Origin: an uncultured Verrucomicrobiae bacterium
Lineage (GTDB): Bacteria; Verrucomicrobiota; Verrucomicrobiia; Chthoniobacterales; UBA10450
DNA length: 64,000 bases
Direction: 5' to 3'
Assembly (NCBI GenBank): GCA_963815455.1
Contig: CAWFGO010000001.1
Span: 1,120,001 to 1,184,000 of the forward strand
The notes beneath the pieces were generated by a model, which worked only from the letters and a program-made list of their open reading frames with translations, searched no databases and was not told the origin of the DNA. This document shows positions 58,680-64,000 of this stretch, one piece after another. Both the position numbers and the translations under genes were made by a program. Position 1 is the first letter of the stretch. Each line of letters starts with the position of its first letter.

Positions 58680-59040
58680 CAATCTGCGACGGCTCGGTTA
58701 CCACGATCTCCGGCTTGCCTTCATGCATCTTGATCTCGCCCGAAACACTGATCACCGCGCCGTCGTACTTCTCCGCGTCCGCGAACTTTTCGGCATACTT
58801 TGAAGGAATAAAGGCGGTAAATTCTTCGTTCGGGTGTTTGCCGCCCATGTTCAGGAAAATGCTCCCGCCCGGGGCCCGATGCATGTCCTCAACTTTGCCA
58901 GTCACACTGGCTTTTTCTCCGGCGTGTTTTGCCGCTTCAGTCGGCGTGTAATCCGGTGTGTCCTCGCCGAACGCCGTCCCCATTAACGCGAACGTGAGAA
59001 GAGTAATCGCGCTTGTTCTGCCAAGTCGTTTGAGCATCAT
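58660..59040 (-). CDS. Exported OB-fold-like protein
   Basis: Signal peptide; EAAKHAGEKASVTGKV; IFLNMGGKHPN; GKPEIVV. Confidence 0.7.
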   Translation of the reverse strand: MMLKRLGRTSAITLLTFALMGTAFGEDTPDYTPTEAAKHAGEKASVTGKVEDMHRAPGGSIFLNMGGKHPNEEFTAFIPSKYAEKFADAEKYDGAVISVSGEIKMHEGKPEIVVTEPSQIVQKEKK

Positions 59041-59081
59041 TCCGGGAATTTGCCAGAAATGGATTCGGTGTCGAGCGCGCT

Positions 59082-60398
59082 TTAGGGCGTAGCTGTCGGG
59101 CTCGGGCTCACACTCTCCAGCGGATAAGCAAACGTCGCCGACGGTGATGCCGATGGAATTGTCGATGTTGGCGACGGCGTCGGGGTGGGCGTCGGCGCAA
59201 TAATGTTTTCCCATCGATGCAGTGGCACGGTCGCGCCGCCGATTTCGTCCACCAGCTTTTGGCAGCGCGCCTGAATTTTCTCCAAATCGGGCGGACCAAA
59301 CGGATTGTCGGCAGTGCCCGGGAAAATCAAGTAGGTCGCTTTCAGATCGCTCACCGGACGGCTGTAAGCCGTCGCCGCCGGGTTGATTTCCTTGGCAATT
59401 CGCAGCGAGGCTTCGCCCATCTTATCGTTAGGGCCAATATCGCCGACCAGTGCCGGGTAAATCGCCTCCCCGAAAATAACCAGCGCGTAATCTCCCACCT
59501 TGGCCGCTTCGCGTCCCCGCGCGAACGTTCCCGGAATGACGATGAATGGATCAGTCGCGCCGATGAGAAAACTGAATTTTTTGAGCGTAAAAACCTCCGA
59601 CCGCAGTTGCCCGATCGCCGCCCGCAGCTCACGTTTCCGTTCGGGAGTTATCGACGCCAGCGCGGATTCATCTTCGTAGCGGTTCAACCGTTGCTCCGTC
59701 GGCGCCAGATAGGGATTCGGAACGGCCGTTTTCTTGGGCCAGCGATAGCTCGTGAACGGCTTGAAATTTGTCGGCGCGCCGGCGCCATCCGGCATTCGGT
59801 CGGAATCCGACCCGTCGGCATCGACATCCATGTCGGCCTGGAGCAGCAGGGCCTTGCGATGGCTTTCAGGATGGAGCAATTGCAGCACCGTCTGGCAGTC
59901 GTAAAAATTGTGGCGCGAGAGCAAGAGATCGAGCCGGGAGAGCCGGTCCCGCAAACCTTTCACCTTCGCCGCGTAAAGTTCTTCGAACAGCGGTGAAACC
60001 GAATCGGGCGAAACCATCGAAGCCAGGCCCGGCAACAGTGCTGGCAATTGCGGACTCACTTTGGCCAGCTCGTCGATTGTTTTGTTAGGCTGGGGAAAAT
60101 GCGCCTGCAATTTTAGATCGACAACGTAGCTGTCCGGGTCCAGCCGCTCCGTGGTCGCGTCGGCGCCGGGAGGTGTCTCGACCGTGGAATGAAGCGTGAG
60201 TCCGTTGAAAATCTTATTCGTGTCGAGCTTGCCGCTTATAAGAGGCGGACGGGTCGGGCTCGGTTCGGGCGTCGGAGTCGCGGTGACTTCCGGGGCCATA
60301 TGCAATAGTTGCTCCAGCGAGATCCAGCGGTAAACAATCGCGGCGAAAATCGCGATTGCCAAAAGCAGCACCAAACGCCTGACCCGAAGTCTTGCCAC
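59082..60398 (-). CDS. Glycoside hydrolase family 75 (chitosanase-like), membrane anchored
   Basis: MDVDADGS, PFIVIP, LVGDIGPNDKMGEAS; P/T-rich linkers. Confidence 0.75.
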   Translation of the reverse strand: MARLRVRRLVLLLAIAIFAAIVYRWISLEQLLHMAPEVTATPTPEPSPTRPPLISGKLDTNKIFNGLTLHSTVETPPGADATTERLDPDSYVVDLKLQAHFPQPNKTIDELAKVSPQLPALLPGLASMVSPDSVSPLFEELYAAKVKGLRDRLSRLDLLLSRHNFYDCQTVLQLLHPESHRKALLLQADMDVDADGSDSDRMPDGAGAPTNFKPFTSYRWPKKTAVPNPYLAPTEQRLNRYEDESALASITPERKRELRAAIGQLRSEVFTLKKFSFLIGATDPFIVIPGTFARGREAAKVGDYALVIFGEAIYPALVGDIGPNDKMGEASLRIAKEINPAATAYSRPVSDLKATYLIFPGTADNPFGPPDLEKIQARCQKLVDEIGGATVPLHRWENIIAPTPTPTPSPTSTIPSASPSATFAYPLESVSPSPTATP

Positions 60399-60407
60399 GC
60401 GCGCGGG

Positions 60408-60728
60408 TTACTTTTTCATCCAGGCAACGAGCGCCACGATAATGCCGATCGCGCTCAGGATCGACATCATCCCGGCAGGCATCGCTTTTCCGGTCCGGAC
60501 AAACTTAGGAATGAACTGCGCCGCGAGGAGCAACGAAACGATCAAAACCGTCAGGAGGCCAGCCTGGCGATGCTCCGGCAAGATGAACGCGCCGATCAAC
60601 AGCAAGATTCCCGTGATCGATCCGGCGATGATTGACGGCATGCTGCCGGCCTTCACGTAACCGATGATGCCGCCGGCGATTGTCAGAACGCCGAACACGA
60701 TGAAATAAATTTTGGCCGGAGGTAACAT
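60408..60728 (-). CDS. TMEM14 family small membrane protein
   Basis: GGIIGYVKAGSMPSIIAG; KAMPAG. Confidence 0.88.
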   Translation of the reverse strand: MLPPAKIYFIVFGVLTIAGGIIGYVKAGSMPSIIAGSITGILLLIGAFILPEHRQAGLLTVLIVSLLLAAQFIPKFVRTGKAMPAGMMSILSAIGIIVALVAWMKK

Positions 60729-60783
60729 GCGTTTGCCAGAGCACTCGTAAGCCAGCAGCCGCGCCGTGTCCAGCTTCTTAGTC

Positions 60784-60853
60784 TGTCATCCAGAGTGAAG
60801 CGCCCATTTCCTTCTGTCATCCTGAGCGGAGCGCAGCGAAGTCAAAGGATCCC
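60784..60853. repeat. Partial copies of the TGTCATCC palindromic element
   Basis: TGTCATCCAGAGTGAAGCG and TGTCATCCTGAGCGGAGCGCAGCGAAGTCAAAGGATCCC. Confidence 0.75.
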
Positions 60854-60893
60854 GGTGCGCTGGGCAGCCTGGTGTAACGGGCTCCCCGCGACC

Positions 60894-61679
60894 TCATTTC
60901 GTTCCCAGATCTTCGATCTTTAACACCGGATGAATTTCCCAGGCGCTCAATCGCCACGGATTATGATAACCGTTTGGACTGAATCGTTCGACTTTCGTCC
61001 CGATATCGTAAGTGCCATTATGCTCGTCGTCCCACAGCAGGTAACCGGTCACCTTAATCTTGTGCGCTTTGCCCCCGGTGGTCGGCGTCGTTGTGTTATC
61101 CGGCAGTCTGAGGAACGCCGCCAGGTCTTGAATCCGAATGCCGCTGCGATAAATGCCGCGCTCGGTTCGAGGCGTGATTTCCGCGACGAGTGCTGTCGGG
61201 TCGCCGATCCGCGGCGGGTGATCGGACGGCTCGGCCCACAATTCCAAATGCCAGTCGCGAATCTTGTCGCTCTTGCAATTGGCCGTCTCCGGCGGCCACG
61301 ACGGATACGCCATGGCCAGCCAGCCGGTGACCGAAACGATTTCCTTTTCGAAATTCGCCAGTTGCTCCTTTTGCTCGGGCGTAAGATCGCGCCGGTGTTT
61401 TGCTCCGATCTTTCGATCGTAGTCGGCCACATGCGCCAGAAATCCGGCGATATCGAGCGCGGGAATGTTCCTGCCGGCAAGATCGACAGGCGCACGATTC
61501 TTCTGCGGGTTGCGCTCCTTGCCATCCGGCGTCTTGGCCGCGCCTTCCGGTTTATCAACGCAGTCCCAGTTGGTAAGATCGAGGTCTTTCAGTTCGAGAT
61601 CGCCCGGCCCCGGGACCGGCATCTGCCCGGACAGCGCCACGAGAGCGGAGGCCAGCAACAGAATGATCGCGCGCAACAT
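60894..61679 (-). CDS. Exported hypothetical protein
   Basis: Signal peptide; ETANC, DWHLEL, AEITPR, WDDEH, WEIHPV. Confidence 0.7.
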   Translation of the reverse strand: MLRAIILLLASALVALSGQMPVPGPGDLELKDLDLTNWDCVDKPEGAAKTPDGKERNPQKNRAPVDLAGRNIPALDIAGFLAHVADYDRKIGAKHRRDLTPEQKEQLANFEKEIVSVTGWLAMAYPSWPPETANCKSDKIRDWHLELWAEPSDHPPRIGDPTALVAEITPRTERGIYRSGIRIQDLAAFLRLPDNTTTPTTGGKAHKIKVTGYLLWDDEHNGTYDIGTKVERFSPNGYHNPWRLSAWEIHPVLKIEDLGTK

Positions 61680-61784
61680 CGACAACGGATTTCGCCGGAA
61701 TTGGTAATCCGTACGGTCCTGGGTGGCAAGCGCGGGCAAAATTCGCTTGCGCGCTTCTTCAAGCGGACAGAAAGTCGCCTCGCG

Positions 61785-62108
61785 ATGAGCACGAGCACGC
61801 CTTCACTGAACCGCGGCCGCGCTTTGGTCGCGACACTGGTTTCGGCTGCGTTTCTCTGGACTCTTCTCCTGAGCGTTTCGCCGCAACTGCATGCTCGGAT
61901 CCACTCCGATGCCAACAGCGTCGAGCATATCTGCGCGGTCACCCTTATCACCGCCGGCAACGTCGAGCACGCGGCCCATCCACCGCTCGTTAGCGCATCG
62001 AATCCAGTCGTCCAGTTTTCCAAAGTCGCGGCGTTGAATCCGCTCTGGGTCCCGTCGCCGTTCTTGAGCGCGAGCATCTTCGAGCACGCGCCACCGGCGC
62101 ATTCTTAA
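61785..62108 (+). CDS. DUF2946-like small His/Cys protein (putative metal-sensing leader)
   Basis: TM segment; LHARIHSD; EHICAVTL; C-terminal EHAPPA; immediately upstream of a TBDR. Confidence 0.7.
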   Translation: MSTSTPSLNRGRALVATLVSAAFLWTLLLSVSPQLHARIHSDANSVEHICAVTLITAGNVEHAAHPPLVSASNPVVQFSKVAALNPLWVPSPFLSASIFEHAPPAHS

Positions 62109-62264
62109 ATTGTAGGGCGTTTGTGCTGGACGCGGCCTTAATTTAAGTCGCGTCCGCCGCGGTAAAGGCTCTGCAACAATCGCGCTGTGTTAATTGGCCG
62201 TGCGCATGTCGCTGGCCTAACAACTAAATCACATTTGTGAAAACAACATTTCGAAAACATTCCA

Positions 62265-64000
62265 ATGAACAAGTTCCTAATTTTAATAGTCACGCTGTTG
62301 ATCGGGGCAGCGGTGACGAAAGCACAACAACCGTCTCCTTCCGCCAGCCCGGCCGCAACTACTCCGGATGGAACCGCGACAGCTGAACGCGTCGTCGTAA
62401 GCGGCGGCGCAATCGAGAGCAGCGAAACGGACAAGGCCCAGTCGGTCGCTATCCTGAACGAGAACCATCTGAAACTGGCCACTACGCCGACATTGGGCGA
62501 CACACTTTCGGCCCAGCCGGGCGTGTCTGCCAGCGGATTTACCGCCGGCGCGAGCCGGCCCGTCATTCGCGGCCAGGCCGATAACCGCATTCGCGTTCTT
62601 AATAATGGCACCGAAGTCTTCGACGTTTCCAATCTCAGCCCCGATCACGCGCCGAGCGTGAGCACGCTGCTGAGCCAAAGCATCGAAATCGTTCGCGGGC
62701 CGGCCACGATTCTTTACGGTTCGGGCGCCATCGGCGGGGTTGTTAACGTAGCCGATAATCTTATTCCGGTTGAGCAACCCTCCGAGCCGATCAGCGGCGA
62801 AGCCGATGGCCGGTTCGATAGCGTTGATCTCGAACGCAGCGGCGCGATGGCGCTGACCATCTCGCCCTTCAAACACTGGGTTTTTCACGGTGAAGGCTCA
62901 TGGCTGCGCACCGACGATCGCCGGATCCCGGGATTCGCGCTGGATGAACGCATCCGGGCGCTGCTCACACCGGCGCAAAAACACAACGACGATTTTGGCG
63001 GCAATCCATCTGGCGAAGTGCCGAACACTTTTATTAAGACGAAAAATTTCGGCTTTGGCGGGTCCTACGTGTGGGACAAAGGCTATTTCGGAGTTTCTTA
63101 CTCGCGGTTCCTGTCCGAGTACGGCGTGCCGGACGATCCCGAAGTGGACGATCCCATGGTGCCGCCTGCGCGTGTTCATCTTGACCTGCGCAAGGACCAG
63201 TACAACGCTCGCAGCTCGATTGTCGATCCGTTCCCGTGGTTTTCGGTGGCGAACCTGAAATTTGTTTACACCGATTACAAACACGACGAGATCGACAACA
63301 ACACCGTCGGCGCAACATTCAAAACCAAGGGAGTCGATTCCCGCATTGAGCTGGTGCATCAGCCGGTTGGGCTATTCGAGGGCTCGATCGGCTCGCAAAT
63401 CTTCTACAAGAAATTGTCGATCCTGGGCGAAGAAGCATTTTTGCAACCGAGTGAAACGCTGGCCGTGGCCGGCTTCGTGTTTGAAGAAGTGAAATTAACG
63501 CCGGTGCGCCTCCAGTTTGGCGTCCGGGTCGAGAACGATTGGATCGACATCGACTCGAGCGATCCGGATTTAACTTCGTTGACATTGCCGAGCCAGAAGA
63601 GTCAGGACTTTGTCCCGGTTAGCGGCGCGGCGGGTGCGATCTACGATTTTGCGGAGGGCTGGCAGGTCGCGCTCAATCTTTCCTGGTCCGAGCGGGCCCC
63701 GACCGCCGAAGAGCTTTTCGCACGCGGTCCGCACGATGCGACGTTCCAATTCATCGTCGGCGATCCGACTCTCGATGTAGAAATCAATCGCTCAGCCGAT
63801 CTTAGCCTGAGAAAGACCGCCGGCGTCGTTACCGGTTTCATCAGCGGCTTTTATACAAACTACGACGGCTTCATCGATTTCTCGCCGACCGGAGATTTCG
63901 AAGACGGGCTGCGCGTTTTTGTTTACACACCGAAAAAGGCAGAGTTCTTTGGGGGCGAAGCTCGGGCCGACATTCATTTTCTGCCGTTAACGCTGACCAC
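62265..64000 (+). CDS. TonB-dependent receptor, ZnuD-like (partial)
   Basis: Signal peptide; TonB-box-like ERVVVSG; ASRPVIRG; SPDHA; EIVRGPATILYGSGAIGGVVN; EELFARGPHDAT; open to the window end. Confidence 0.88.
   Translation, partial: MNKFLILIVTLLIGAAVTKAQQPSPSASPAATTPDGTATAERVVVSGGAIESSETDKAQSVAILNENHLKLATTPTLGDTLSAQPGVSASGFTAGASRPVIRGQADNRIRVLNNGTEVFDVSNLSPDHAPSVSTLLSQSIEIVRGPATILYGSGAIGGVVNVADNLIPVEQPSEPISGEADGRFDSVDLERSGAMALTISPFKHWVFHGEGSWLRTDDRRIPGFALDERIRALLTPAQKHNDDFGGNPSGEVPNTFIKTKNFGFGGSYVWDKGYFGVSYSRFLSEYGVPDDPEVDDPMVPPARVHLDLRKDQYNARSSIVDPFPWFSVANLKFVYTDYKHDEIDNNTVGATFKTKGVDSRIELVHQPVGLFEGSIGSQIFYKKLSILGEEAFLQPSETLAVAGFVFEEVKLTPVRLQFGVRVENDWIDIDSSDPDLTSLTLPSQKSQDFVPVSGAAGAIYDFAEGWQVALNLSWSERAPTAEELFARGPHDATFQFIVGDPTLDVEINRSADLSLRKTAGVVTGFISGFYTNYDGFIDFSPTGDFEDGLRVFVYTPKKAEFFGGEARADIHFLPLTLT

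Noticed and set aside
54244..58700. Genomic island integrated at tRNA-Gln
   Set aside because: No integrase and no duplicated tRNA 3' end seen in the window

Overview
A GC-rich bacterial chromosomal window whose gene content and repeats resemble Verrucomicrobiota (Chthoniobacterales/Spartobacteria-like; the taxonomy is inferred). From left to right: (1) a 20-kb minus-strand operon encoding TpsB (ShlB/FhaC), DUF2341-LamG-ExbB, ExbD, TonB, a frameshifted porin, a coiled-coil protein, a ~3,795-aa filamentous-haemagglutinin-like TpsA and a frameshifted TMTC-like GT-C/TPR glycosyltransferase. It is divergent from a PhoB-like regulator across two arrays of Pho-box-like half-sites. (2) phoB-like/L,D-transpeptidase/arsC, an ArsR-DUF899-VOC-SRPBCC cluster and a TetR-SDR unit, the last two with visible operators. 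(3) pstCAB with a second divergent Pho-box-like array. (4) Sulfur/Fe-S and pyrimidine genes (sufE-like, rhodanese, nfeD-slipin, mrp, pyrRBC, sufCBD). (5) A compact cyclic-nucleotide signalling locus: CHASE2 adenylate cyclase, outer-membrane barrel, FecR-domain beta-helix exoprotein, cNMP-binding histidine kinase, MBL hydrolase and a pseudo-HisKA receiver. (6) tRNA-Gln, an OMP, an HTTM-like pair, a low-GC DUF418 gene between 22-bp direct repeats, GH75, TMEM14, and a DUF2946-like leader before a ZnuD-like TonB-dependent receptor. The most unusual signal is that several palindromic or heptamer repeat families are read through by ribosomes. Two copies of a 135-bp inverted-repeat element at the pyrR/pyrB and pyrB/pyrC junctions each sit inside a mini-ORF whose start overlaps the upstream stop and whose stop overlaps the downstream start. 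Other repeats are in-frame inserts in proteins. No CRISPR array, integrase or transposase was seen. All family assignments come from motif recognition, not database searches.
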